From: an uncultured Chloroflexia bacterium
GTDB lineage: Bacteria; Chloroflexota; Limnocylindria; Limnocylindrales; CSP1-4
Reading direction: 5' to 3'
DNA: 64,000 bases
Assembly: GCA_963779375.1 (NCBI GenBank)
Contig: CAVZXW010000020.1
Location: 38,762 to 102,761 of the forward strand
In this document: piece after piece, positions 19,803 through 30,340 of the stretch
How the letters are laid out: every line of letters begins with the position of its first letter
Position numbering within the stretch: position 1 is the first letter of the stretch
Program-made: the position numbers and the translations under genes
The notes under the pieces: generated by a model
What the model saw: only the letters and a program-made list of their open reading frames with translations
What the model was told of the DNA's origin: nothing
The model's database searches: none

Positions 19803-20675
19803 TCATCGCTCCTTGGCTGCCGGATGTGACGATCCGGCTCGATCCATGCCCGCCGACGGTTCCACCGACGCTGACGCCCCCCGTCGTTCCGTCGATGCCT
19901 CGGCCTCTGGCGGATGCACCCCCACTCCCACCTGTCCTCGTTCCGACGCACCCGCGATCTCGTGATGCGCCCGGACCATGACGACGAGGAGTCGGTCCAG
20001 GGCCGACGAAGCGCGCTCGTAGACCTCCGCGAGCTGGCGCGGCTCGAGCTCCCGTCGCCTGCCGACCGAGCCGATCTCGGCCAGGAACGGCTGGCGCGCG
20101 GCGACGAAGAGCGTGACGGCATCCGTCAGGCTGACTCCCGACGATGCGAGCCGGGTCCCCAGGGCCTGCACGAGTTCCACCGCTCCGCCGAGTGCGGCGT
20201 CGGCCGCCGCGGCGGGATGGGCGTCCAGGTGCTGCAGCAGGGCCGCGATCAGCTGCCTCCCCTCTACCCTGAATGTCTCGCGGTCTCCGGCGGGCACGAC
20301 CCCGAGTGGATCGAGCACAGCCCGGCCGGATCGCGCCCCGCCCGTGGGCGACGGCTCGGCGGCTGCCGTGCCGGCCTCACGGATCCGGGCAGACGACGCG
20401 TACCGGCGACGATAGGCCGCCGCGAGGCGTTCGGGAGTTGCGCCCAGGCGGGCAAGAGGAGGACGGACCGGGCTTCTCGCGGGACCCGCGACGCGGGTCA
20501 TCGTTTCGAGCGACCGCCGGCTGAATTGCCGGTGGCCGCCCGGCGTGACGAATGCGTGGACGCGACCCTGGTCGGCCCATCGCCGAAGCGTCTCCGGCAC
20601 CACGCCGACGAGGCGGCTGGCTGCTCCGAGGGAGAGCCACGCATCGCCGGACATCGTGCTCCGCGGGGACGCCAT
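19803..20675 (-). CDS. MerR-family HTH transcriptional regulator
   Basis: ORF 19803..20777 trimmed to ATG 20675. WLSLGAASRLVGVVPETLRRWADQGRVHAFVTPGGHRQF is a MerR/excisionase-type HTH. The stop abuts the membrane-protein start. Confidence 0.75.
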   Translation of the reverse strand: MASPRSTMSGDAWLSLGAASRLVGVVPETLRRWADQGRVHAFVTPGGHRQFSRRSLETMTRVAGPARSPVRPPLARLGATPERLAAAYRRRYASSARIREAGTAAAEPSPTGGARSGRAVLDPLGVVPAGDRETFRVEGRQLIAALLQHLDAHPAAAADAALGGAVELVQALGTRLASSGVSLTDAVTLFVAARQPFLAEIGSVGRRRELEPRQLAEVYERASSALDRLLVVMVRAHHEIAGASERGQVGVGVHPPEAEASTERRGASASVEPSAGMDRAGSSHPAAKER

Positions 20676-20984
20676 GCTGCCTGTCCGTGCTCCCGTTTCC
20701 GCGGCGTGGAACCTTGACAAATCTGGTGGGTCGCCGCGGGCCTCGCGCATCGTATGAGGCGGCCCGCGCGCCGTCAAACGGTGCCCTCGCGGCCACGGAT
20801 CCGGGGCCCTTGGCTGCGGCCCGGGCAGGTCCGGGGGAGGGTCCCCGCCCGGAGATCCCGGTACGGCGACGGCCGCGGAACGCCGCGGGTGGCTGATCGT
20901 GTGCCTCCGCGCGTTCCTCGGTGCGGCGCCACGGTCGCGCCTTGGGACGAGCCGGAAGATGGGCGGGTCCGGTCGCCCGCCGGG

Positions 20985-21371
20985 CTACGCCGGGACGAAC
21001 TCGTGCGCTTCGCGGTGGATGCCGTCGCACAGGCCCCAGCGCGGGGCGTCACCGGGTATCCGGACCGGGCGCATGATCAGGCGGATCCCGGAGAGCCGGC
21101 ACAGCAGGTAGTCGCGCTCGCGGATCCAGGCCCGTACGCATGCCGGATCGTCGTGGAACTGGTGGGGGCCCGGGTTCACGGGCGCGGCCACGTCCGCCCA
21201 GCCGGGGCTCTCCGGCGACACGATGTCCATGATCGAGACGCGGAATGGCCGGCCATCGATTCGCAGGCCGCAGCCCGCACACAGCCGTGCGTCGGTCTCG
21301 CCGAAGACGGTCGGGATCCGGATGCCCAGGTACTCGTTGCCGCGGAACGTCTTCGCCATCTGGCCTCGCAT
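20985..21371 (-). CDS. Hypothetical protein (Cys-containing), downstream of tRNA-Glu
   Basis: Last 128 aa of ORF 20985..22316 (MRGQMAKTFRGNEYLGIRIPTVFGETDARLCAGCG...). Good GC3. No family recognised. Confidence 0.5.
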   Translation of the reverse strand: MRGQMAKTFRGNEYLGIRIPTVFGETDARLCAGCGLRIDGRPFRVSIMDIVSPESPGWADVAAPVNPGPHQFHDDPACVRAWIRERDYLLCRLSGIRLIMRPVRIPGDAPRWGLCDGIHREAHEFVPA

Positions 21372-21418
21372 CACGGGCGCTGTACACGCCGCCCGGTCCT
21401 TCGCGTGCCAGCATACCG

Positions 21419-21558
21419 CCGGGAGGGACGGGCGTGCCCGGGAGGGATGGACGAGGCCGGGAGGGATGGACGAGGCCGGGAGGGCACGGCAGGCCCGAGG
21501 ACGGGCGCCAGTACGCGCGGGGCCCGAGTCGCGCGCCAGTACGCGTGGGGCCCGAGAC
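21419..21558. repeat. Two adjacent tandem repeats (19-nt x4, then 28-nt x2) between tRNA-Glu and the hypothetical gene
   Basis: ccgggagggatggacgaggc-type units at 21419-21495. gcgccagtacgcgYggggcccgag x2 at 21505-21558. Confidence 0.8.
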
Positions 21559-21652
21559 GGGCGGGCGAGTCGAGCGCCGGGCGCCAGGTTCAGGGACATC
21601 CGGGGCGAAACGGTGCAGCCCCGACCGTCGCGGCCGGGGTGGCCGTCGGACG

Positions 21653-21729
21653 TGGTAGCCCCAAGGGGATTCGAACCCCTGATCTCCGCCTTGAAAGGGC
21701 GGCGTCCTGGGCCTCTAGACGATGGGGCC
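21653..21729 (-). tRNA. tRNA-Glu: tRNA-Glu (anticodon UUC), CCA encoded
   Basis: The reverse complement reads GGCCCCATCGTCTAGAGGCCCAGGACGCCGCCCTTTCAAGGCGGAGATCAGGGGTTCGAATCCCCTTGGGGCTACCA. It folds as a cloverleaf with anticodon loop CTTTCAA and T-loop GGTTCGAATCC. Confidence 0.93.
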
Positions 21730-21895
21730 CCGGCCCGGGAGTGTACATCGCCACCGGGTGGACGATGGCCGGTGTGCGGCGGCGCCCGCTCACGCCGCGG
21801 GCGGCAGGCCACCCGGCCGCCGGAGCCGCAGGGCGCGCGGCCGCGGGCGTCCGCCGGCGAGAACAGGGGCGGGAATGCCCCGAAGGCGGGGGGTG

Positions 21896-22264
21896 CTACG
21901 CGTACAACAGCGAGAGGACGGCCGCGGCGGCCACGCACCCCCATGCCGCCAGGGCAGCGCACCCTCCGAGTAATGCCATCCAGAACGCGCGCGCCCCACG
22001 GCCCGCACGGCCAGCGCGAAACGCGCCGATCGCGCCGGCTAGCGCGAGAGAGGCCATGACGAGCGCCATGCTCAGCAGCCCCGCGACGAGGATGGCGACC
22101 TGGTTGCTGCCGCGGCTCGCGATCCCCCATGCGAGGAAGGCCAGGGATCCGAGGAATGCGACAAGGAACAGCGTGCGCGTTGCCCCGAGCGGGGGCCGGC
22201 TCCAGTGGGGGCCGTCTGCCACCGGCCCCCGAGCGTCGCGGCGGACGCGGGCCGGCTGACTCAT
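21896..22264 (-). CDS. Small membrane protein (3-4 TM), unknown function
   Basis: Last 122 aa of ORF 21896..22516 (MSQPARV...TLFLVAFLGSLAFLAWGIA...). ATG 22264 overlaps the upstream stop (ATGA). Confidence 0.6.
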   Translation of the reverse strand: MSQPARVRRDARGPVADGPHWSRPPLGATRTLFLVAFLGSLAFLAWGIASRGSNQVAILVAGLLSMALVMASLALAGAIGAFRAGRAGRGARAFWMALLGGCAALAAWGCVAAAAVLSLLYA

Positions 22265-22959
22265 CGGCGCCGTCCGCCCACGGAGCGCGCGCCGGCTCCG
22301 GGCACGGCCGCGGCACCCGCGTGCGTGTCCCGCTCCGTCCCCGGCTCGACCGGACCGCGGTGGTAGACGACGACCTTGTGCGACAGCCTGGGCCGACGCA
22401 TTGCGGTCGCCACCTCGACCCCGCGCGCCCCGAACGCCTCGGCGAGGAAGGCGCCGGCGTCCTCGGTCGAGTCGAACGTCCACCACCCGTGGATCACGCG
22501 GAGCTTGAAGCCCCATTCGGCGAACGCGGCATCGCGTGCGCGCAGCGCCCGATAGACCGCCGGCGTCTCCCCTTCGGGACGGAGGCGTGCCACGTCATCA
22601 CGACCGTAGTCCGCGAGGATCAGCAGGCGACCACCAGAGCGGAGCAGCCGTTCGGCAGCGGCCATCCCGGCGGCCTCCGGAACCGCGACCGCGCCGGATT
22701 CGCCCCAGCAGCGGACCACCACGTCGGCGCATGCAGGCCGAAGCTCGTGACCGTCGTCTGCCGACGAGGTCACTCGCGCTCCGGCGGCACGCAGCTGCGA
22801 GGCACGGATGTCGCCGTCTGCGCGCAGCACCACGACGTCGCGATCGACGGCGTCGCCGAGCTCGATCAGCGCGCGCGGGATCTTCGCCTCGCGATCGACG
22901 ACGCCCGCGAGCTGCGAGGCGATGGAGGCGTTCGAGAAGGTGAACGGCAGGTCTGCCAC
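22261..22959 (-). CDS. Hypothetical protein (possibly a methyltransferase-like fold; weak)
   Basis: ORF 22261..23034 trimmed to GTG 22959 (VADLPFTFSNASIASQLAG...GGRLLILADYG...). No clear SAM motif seen. Confidence 0.55.
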   Translation of the reverse strand: MADLPFTFSNASIASQLAGVVDREAKIPRALIELGDAVDRDVVVLRADGDIRASQLRAAGARVTSSADDGHELRPACADVVVRCWGESGAVAVPEAAGMAAAERLLRSGGRLLILADYGRDDVARLRPEGETPAVYRALRARDAAFAEWGFKLRVIHGWWTFDSTEDAGAFLAEAFGARGVEVATAMRRPRLSHKVVVYHRGPVEPGTERDTHAGAAAVPGAGARSVGGRRR

Positions 22960-23077
22960 TACCCGGCGAGTATAGGGGGGCGGTCGTGGGAGCCGCCCCG
23001 CACGGTGGCCACCACGTATGCTGGCCGACCGCATGGCCCGGCGCGGGCGTCCACTCCGCTCACCGGGGCGGGCGCGC

Positions 23078-23275
23078 TCAGGTCCGTGCGCTCAGGACGC
23101 GGCCCTGGCGGCCGGGGACCTCCAGCGAGAGTCGCCCATCCCGGACCACGACTGGCCCGTCCATGCGTGCGTCGGTCCAGCCCGGCAACGCGTCCACGAC
23201 GAATGCGAGTCCCTCCGCGGCGATCGGCACCTCGATCTCCTGGCTCGCTTCGCCGGCGTTGACGGCCACGACCAC
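23078..23275 (-). pseudogene. Possible C-terminal remnant of a GH13 alpha-glucosidase/amylase-family gene
   Basis: The 65-aa ORF VVAVNAGEASQEIEVPIAAEGLAFVVDALPGW...GRLSLEVPGRQGRVLS resembles the C-terminal beta-sandwich of GH13 enzymes. There is no catalytic domain upstream, only ~100 bp before the LacI stop. Confidence 0.4.
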
Positions 23276-23376
23276 GAACTCCCCGGCCGCCCGGCCTTCA
23301 CACCATCCCCCGCGGCGAGGCCGTGGGGAGCCAACTCACTCGCGGCCGGCATCCGGCCGCGGTGCGTCGGACCCTG

Positions 23377-24489
23377 TCATTGCGGCGGGCCCACCTCCTC
23401 CCGGCTCGCGCCGGCTGGCGGCGCTGCCGTGGACCGTCGGACGACGAGTCGCGTCTTCAGCATGCGGTGCTGCGCCGGGCTGCCTGCCTTCGCCCCGAGT
23501 TCCTCCAGGAGCAGGCGCGCCGCCTCCTCGCCCTTGCGGCGAACGGGCTGGTGAACGGTGGTGAGCGGAGGATCGGAGAAACGGCCGACCGGGAGGTCGT
23601 CGTAGCCGACGATGCTGAGGTCATGCGGGACACGGAGGCGCAGGTGACGGCTCGCCTGGAGCGCGCCGATCGCAAGGGCGTCGCTCATCGCGAGCACGGC
23701 GGTCGGGCGCAGCCCGTCCTCCCACGCCCGCAGGAAGGCGGCTTCCCCGCCCTCGAACGTGGCGGGCGCGACGACGATCGAACCCGGCCCGACGTCGACC
23801 CCGGCCGGCTCGAGCACGGACAGGTAGCCGCGGAGACGCCGGGACGTCACGCTGTCCTGGCCCTCGGCGCCGCCGGCCGTGGGCTCGATCGACGCCTCGG
23901 CGGCGGCTGGGCCCTCGACCGCGACGATCAGCACGTCCCGGTGGCCCAGTCCGACGATGTGCTCCGCGGCCGCGCGGGCACCCGCCTCGTCGTCGACTTC
24001 GACGGAGCTGTGCGCCGCCCAGCCGGGCGCGTCCACGAGCACCATCGGCAGGTCCGCCCGGCGGATCGCCTCGACCTCGGGATGCGTCTCCTCCAGGCCC
24101 AGGGCGACCACGCCATCGACGGTGGCCCGGTCGAGCGCGCGGGTGAGCGACCCGCGGAGCGGCGAGATCAGCAGCAGACCGAAGCCTCGCTCCTCAGTCA
24201 CCGCCGCAACGCCCTCGGCGAAGTAGGCGAAGAACGGGTTGGCCAGGACCTGGCTGAGCGGTTGCGGCGTGAGCACGCCGATGGTCATCGTCCGTCGCGC
24301 CGAGAGCATGCGGGCGACCGGATGAGGGCGGTAGCCCATCTCGGCGGCGACGCCGCGGATGCGGTCGGCGGTCTCCGCCTTCAGTCGCTCGGGGCTGTTG
24401 AAGGCGAACGAGACTGAGGCCTTGCTGACGCCCGCGGCGAGGGCAACGTCGGCGATGCGGGGTCGGGATGCACGGCTGGTGGGCAACAC
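23377..24489 (-). CDS. LacI-family transcriptional regulator
   Basis: Intact 370-aa ORF. HTH IADVALAAGVSKASVSFAFN...GYRPHPVARML followed by a periplasmic-binding-fold sugar domain. Confidence 0.93.
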   Translation of the reverse strand: MLPTSRASRPRIADVALAAGVSKASVSFAFNSPERLKAETADRIRGVAAEMGYRPHPVARMLSARRTMTIGVLTPQPLSQVLANPFFAYFAEGVAAVTEERGFGLLLISPLRGSLTRALDRATVDGVVALGLEETHPEVEAIRRADLPMVLVDAPGWAAHSSVEVDDEAGARAAAEHIVGLGHRDVLIVAVEGPAAAEASIEPTAGGAEGQDSVTSRRLRGYLSVLEPAGVDVGPGSIVVAPATFEGGEAAFLRAWEDGLRPTAVLAMSDALAIGALQASRHLRLRVPHDLSIVGYDDLPVGRFSDPPLTTVHQPVRRKGEEAARLLLEELGAKAGSPAQHRMLKTRLVVRRSTAAPPAGASREEVGPPQ

Positions 24490-24522
24490 GCACCTGGGGG
24501 GTCGGGCGCTGGGCCGGTTTAG

Positions 24523-24534
24523 TGAACCGGTTTA
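24523..24534. promoter_or_regulatory. Candidate LacI-family operator (TGAACCGGTTTA, 10/12 palindromic)
   Basis: Core AACCGGTT is a perfect palindrome. It lies 34 nt upstream of the LacI start in the divergent region; ccggttta is also directly repeated. Confidence 0.4.
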
Positions 24535-24712
24535 ATGGAGTCTACCGGCGACCGCTGGGATGTCAATACCCAGCCGCCGGGCCGCTCTCGCGTTGCGGCC
24601 GCCTCGCATTCCACCGCGACGCGTGCGGCGTTCCCCCGCCGGGCAAGCCCACGGGCCGGGTCCCGGCAGCCTCCCGGAGGTGTCCGGAGCCGGGCGTGGC
24701 ACAATCGGCGCG

Positions 24713-25087
24713 ATGATCTCGACCTTCCGGGAGATGCCCGGGGGCGTGCGCCTGTTCCTCGCGTACGCCTTCCTGATCCTGGCGCTGATCGGACTCACGC
24801 TGCCGGCGGTGGTGAACCTGGCCACCGGCGACGCACCGATCTCCGGGGTCGGGCTGGTGGCCGTGCTGCTGCTCGCGTACACCATCTTCACGATCACGCT
24901 CGTCCTGCAGCGCAAGCAGGCGGCGTGGGCCTTCAGCCAGGGCCTGGCGACCCTGACCATCCCGCTCGTGCCGTTCCTCGGGCTCGCCGCGGGGCTGGCC
25001 GGCGCCGTCTTCGCGGCTGCCCTTGCCCTGTTGCTGTTCCGGGGGCTCCGCAGTGCACGGGCGCGCTCCTGGTTCAGCGAGATCTGA
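24713..25087 (+). CDS. Small membrane protein (4 TM), unknown function
   Basis: ORF 24560..25087 trimmed to ATG 24713 (MISTFREMPGGVRLFLAYAFLILALIGL...). Confidence 0.6.
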   Translation: MISTFREMPGGVRLFLAYAFLILALIGLTLPAVVNLATGDAPISGVGLVAVLLLAYTIFTITLVLQRKQAAWAFSQGLATLTIPLVPFLGLAAGLAGAVFAAALALLLFRGLRSARARSWFSEI

Positions 25088-25239
25088 GGGCCGGCGCGGG
25101 CTGGCGTCCAAGCGTCGGGGGTCGGCAGTCGAAACGGCGCGGTTCGACCTTCGAGACGCCAGGGTCGAGGGTGAGGGTTCGCGGGCGCGGACCCCCGAAG
25201 CGGGTTCGGTTTCGGTTTCGGTACAGCGAGGTCCGGCGC

Positions 25240-26310
25240 ATGCGCTTCGTCCGTTATCGAGTGGCCCGAGGGGCCGGGGCAGGCGACGGCCGCCCCGACG
25301 TGCCATCCCGCCCCCGGTTGGGGCTGCAGTTCGACCCGGGGCCGGACGGGCGCGGTGGCTCGATCCTCCCGCTCGACGCGCTGCCCGGCGTGGACGACGA
25401 CCCGGATCGCTCACGCGCGCTGGATGACGCCGACCTGGCCGCCTACCTCGCGGCAGACGGCCACCTTGTCGCGGTCCGCGCCGGTCTCGAGCGCCTGTCC
25501 GGCGGCTCCCCGTCCAGGCTCCCCGCCGCGTCGGTCCGGCTGCTCGCCCCCGTCCACCGGCCGGGCAAGATCGTGTGCGTCGGCTACAACTACCGCGATC
25601 ACGCGTCCGAGCACGACCGCGCGTCGTCGCAGGCCCGACCGGAGCCGGATCGGCCACTGCTGTTCGCCAAGTGGGCGAACGCCATCGTGGGTGACGGCGA
25701 CCCCGTGATCCATCCTGACGTCACGCACGCCCTGGATCTCGAGGCCGAGCTGGCCGTCGTGATCGGCACGCGCGCACGACGTGTGCCGGAGTCGCTCGCC
25801 CTCGCCCACGTCGCAGGGTGGACGGCCGTGAACGACGTCACCGCCAGGGACCTGCAGGGCCTGGAACCGGCGCTGCGGCCGGGCGAGCACGGTGACGGGC
25901 AGTGGGTGCGGGCCAAGTCGTCGGACACGTTCCTCCCCAGCGGCCCGGCGATGGTCACGCTCGACGAGATGCCCGACATCTCGAACGTCGCGATCCGCTC
26001 GTGGCGGACGCCGGCGGACGGGACTCCCATCGGCATGCAGGACAGCAGGTCCGGCAACCTGATCTTCGACGTGCCGCGGCTGATCGCGTTCATCAGCGGC
26101 TCTGTCACCCTGGAGCCGGGCGACATCATCGCGACGGGGACCCCGTCCGGCGTCGGCGTGTTCCGGGATCCGCCGGTGTTCCTCGCGCCGGGCGACGTCG
26201 TCAGCGTGGAAGTGTCGGGCATCGGGCGGATCGACAACCCCGTGGTAGCGGCCGACGGATCCGTCCCGCGCGGATCGGCGGCAGCTGCCATCCTCATGTC
26301 CGCGCGATGA
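25240..26310 (+). CDS. Fumarylacetoacetate hydrolase (FAH) family protein
   Basis: In-frame tail of ORF 24535..26310 from ATG 25240. GKIVCVGYNYRDH, LDLEAELAVVIG, GDIIATGTPSGVG. Confidence 0.9.
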   Translation: MRFVRYRVARGAGAGDGRPDVPSRPRLGLQFDPGPDGRGGSILPLDALPGVDDDPDRSRALDDADLAAYLAADGHLVAVRAGLERLSGGSPSRLPAASVRLLAPVHRPGKIVCVGYNYRDHASEHDRASSQARPEPDRPLLFAKWANAIVGDGDPVIHPDVTHALDLEAELAVVIGTRARRVPESLALAHVAGWTAVNDVTARDLQGLEPALRPGEHGDGQWVRAKSSDTFLPSGPAMVTLDEMPDISNVAIRSWRTPADGTPIGMQDSRSGNLIFDVPRLIAFISGSVTLEPGDIIATGTPSGVGVFRDPPVFLAPGDVVSVEVSGIGRIDNPVVAADGSVPRGSAAAAILMSAR

Positions 26311-26431
26311 CGCGGCACGGCGAGAAGGGAGCTGCGGGGCCATGAGCCAATCGGCGACGGAAGGTCGCCCTGCGAGGGACGACCGGCCGGCAACGGACGA
26401 TCGGCCTGGGGCGGACACCATCCCGGATCGC

Positions 26432-27469
26432 ATGCGCGCCCTCGTCAAGGAGACGTCGAGCCCCCGGGGCGGCCATCCGCGAGGTGCCGGTCCCCGAGCC
26501 AGGGCCGGGTGAGGTATTGATCCAGGTCCAGGCGGCAAGCGTCTGCGGGACCGACGTGCACATCGAGCGCTGGGACGCATGGGCCCAGGCCAACGTCCAG
26601 CCGCCCCTGGTCTTCGGCCACGAGATGGCCGGCGTCGTGGTGGCCCGAGGCGAGGGCGCGACGCGCGTGCCGGTCGGCTCGCTCGTCGCCGCCGAGACGC
26701 ACCTCGTGGACTGGACCTGCTACCAGTGCCGCACGGGTCGGGCCAACGTGTGCCAGCACCTGCGGCATCCTGGGCGTGACGGCACCGGCGTGTTCGCCGA
26801 GTACGCCGTGATCCCCGAGACGAACGCGTGGGTGTCGGAGGGCCTGGCGCCCGAGATGGCGGCCCTCCAGGAGCCGATGGGCAACGCGGTCCATGCCCTG
26901 TTCGTGGAGGAGATCGCCGGCCAGCGGTGGCCATCCTGGGCTGCGGCCCGATCGGCCTCATGGCGGTCGCCATCGCCGCGCGAGGCCGGCGCGCGCCACG
27001 TCTTCGCCACGGACCTCAACCCCGAGCGGTTGGCCGTCGCCGGCCGGATGGGCGCCCACGAGGCGATCGACGCGCCGACGAGGACGTGGTCGCCCGGCTG
27101 CGCGCGGCGACCGACGGCGACGGCGTCGACGTGGTCCTGGAGATGTCCGGCGCCGAGGCCGCACTCCACACGGGCCTGCGCGCCGTGACGAACGGCGGCC
27201 GCATCTCGCTCCTGGGGACGCACGCCAAGCCGGCCACGATCGATGTCTCGGCCGAGATGATCTTCAACGGCATCCGCGTCTACGGCATCACCGGACGGCG
27301 GCATGTGGGAAACGTGGTACCGCACCACGGCCCTCCTCGAGGAGGGCCTGGACCTCTCCCCGATCATCACCCACCGCCTGCCGCTGGAGCAGTATCGCGG
27401 ACGCGTTCGAGCTCGTCGCCGCCGGGCCATGCCGGCAAGGTCGTGCTGCTGCCCCAGGTGACCGGGTAG
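26432..27469 (+). pseudogene. tdh: L-threonine 3-dehydrogenase; about 9 single-base indels
   Basis: Fragments span three frames: MRALVKETSSP, VPVPEPGPGEVLIQVQAASVCGTDVHI...FGHEMAGVV, VAILGCGPIGLMAVAIA, GARHVFATDLNPERL, DGDGVDVVLEMSG...[50 protein letters not shown]. Confidence 0.85.
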
Positions 27470-27502
27470 CGCCGCGGCGCACGCGGTAGCCTAGGCGCGA
27501 CG

Positions 27503-28718
<1,216 letters not shown>

Positions 28719-28887
28719 CCGACGGGCCGTCCGGAGCCCACGAGCGCGGCCGCGGGCTCCCTCGCCCCGTCGTTGGCCGCCGCCTCAGGCCTGTCGCCCC
28801 GCCTCAGGCCTCTCGCCCCGTCGTTTGCTGGTCGCCCCAAGGGTCGCCTCAGGCCTGTCGCCCGTCCCTGGCCGCCGCCATTCCCGG

Positions 28888-29097
28888 CTTTCCTGCAGAA
28901 CGCCCTCGTGCAGACACGTATGTCCGATGCGCGGCCGGTCCGGACCCATCCCGTGGCATTTCGTCGCCTTCCCGACGGCCCCTGGCAGCTTGCCACGCAC
29001 GAATTCCGCGCACCGTCGCCGTGCCCGCATGGTGGCGAGGGCCAGCGGCCCGCGACAACCGACATACGGTTCCGTGCGGAGAAGTTCTGCAGGAAAG
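28888..29097. repeat. ~210-bp inverted-repeat element, copy A (outer arms CTTTCCTGCAGAAC, inner arms CGTATGTCNG.TG)
   Basis: Left ctttcctgcagaacgccctcgtgcagacacgtatgtccgatg. Right (rc) ctttcctgcagaacttctccgcacggaaccgtatgtcggttg. It lies between convergent kbl and the methyltransferase and has the same architecture as 45296-45506. Confidence 0.6.
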
Positions 29098-29169
29098 GGG
29101 CGGCGCAGGAAAGGGCCGGCGCAGGAAAGGGGCGACGCAGGAAAGGGGCGACGCAGGAAAGGGCCGGCG
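29090..29169. repeat. 16-nt x5 tandem repeat extending the right arm of element A
   Basis: gcaggaaaggggcgRc / gcaggaaagggccggc units, five copies. Confidence 0.85.
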
Positions 29170-29987
29170 TCTGCAGCGGGCGGGGGTCTCGCTCCCTGGC
29201 CATCCCGGCCGTGATCATTGCCACCGAGTCTCGCCCGGTGCCTCTCCCGCCCTACCGCGCTGGCCCGTGCTTCCGTGCCAGGACGTACACGCTGGGACCG
29301 GGCGTCACCGCGCCCAGCGGAGCCTGTAGCGGACGCTCGACCGCGGCGAGCCACGCGGCCGGGATGCGCCCTCGCAGGATCGGCAGCCGGAACAGCGAGA
29401 CGGCACGGGTCTCCTCGACGCGCAGCCCGACTCTCCGCAGCATCCGGCGCACGTCGAGCGGATGCCGATCGAAATGGAGCGGCAGGTACTCGTGTGGCTC
29501 GATGGCAAACGGGGACCAGGCCTGGCGGTGCAGCCCGTACTTCAGGATCGACTTCAGGTTGCGCTTGTTGGCGAACTCCAGGACGAGCACGCCGCCCGGT
29601 CGCAGGATCCGCGAGAACTCGGCGAACACGGCGCCGGGGTGCTCCAGGTGGTGGACCACCCTCACGCACACCACCGCATCGAACGACGCGTCGTCGAACG
29701 GGAGCGCGTAGGCGTCGCCCTGCTCGACCCGGACCTGCGGGTCATCCCGGAACTGCTCGCGCGCCGCATCCACGTGGGCGGCCGACGCGTCGAGCAGCAC
29801 GATCTCCCCGTACCCGCGGTACTCGTCCGCCAGCCGGCCGTACCCCGCACCGACCTCGACCACGCGCTGGCCCTCGCGGGGCAGGAGGGCCCTGATCGCG
29901 ATCCGGTCGCACCTGTCCTCGTATTCCCGGGCCGCCCAGAAGACGTCGCGGTAGCGCAGATCGTCATAGCGTGGGATCTCATGTGCC

Positions 29988-30095
29988 GGCGCGGCGGCGG
30001 GGGCTGGTGTGTCAGGCGCGGCGGCGGGGGCTGGTGTGTCAGGCGCGGCGGCGGGGGCTGGTGTGTCAGGCGCGGCGGCGGGGGCCGGTGTTTCC
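29988..30095. repeat. 27-nt x4 in-frame tandem repeat (PDTPAPAAA x4)
   Basis: ggcgcggcggcgggggctggtgtgtca x3 plus one degenerate copy. Confidence 0.9.
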
Positions 30096-30161
30096 GGCGC
30101 CTCGGCGGGGGCTGGCACCGCTGGCGCGTCGGGCATGTCCGAGGCACCGGGAACGACGCCC

Positions 30162-30340
30162 GCGTCGGCCACGGCGGAGGCGCGGGCGTGGCGAAGGCGT
30201 CGGGCGTGGAAAAGGCGTCGGGCATATCCGATGCGTCGGGCGTGGCGGAGGCGTCGGGCATATCCGATGCGTCGGGCGTGGCGGAGGCGTCGGGCATATC
30301 CGATGCGTCGGGCGTGGCGGAAGCGTCGGGCGTGGCGGAT
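30162..30340. repeat. 18-nt (36-nt super-unit) tandem array, ~10 units, one unit only 17 nt
   Basis: gcgtcgggcRtRKcSgaK units. gcgtcgggcatatccgat alternates with gcgtcgggcgtggcggag. Confidence 0.9.

Noticed and set aside
21653-23380. A genomic island or prophage remnant next to tRNA-Glu.
   Set aside because: There is no integrase, transposase, phage or plasmid gene and no direct repeat of the tRNA 3' end. GC content and codon usage match the surroundings.
30162-30340. CRISPR-like appearance of regularly spaced repeats. The same applies to 18138-18320 and 29090-29169.
   Set aside because: The units are contiguous with no unique spacers, the periods are 16-63 nt, and there are no cas genes. 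The 18/27-nt arrays are in-frame coding repeats.
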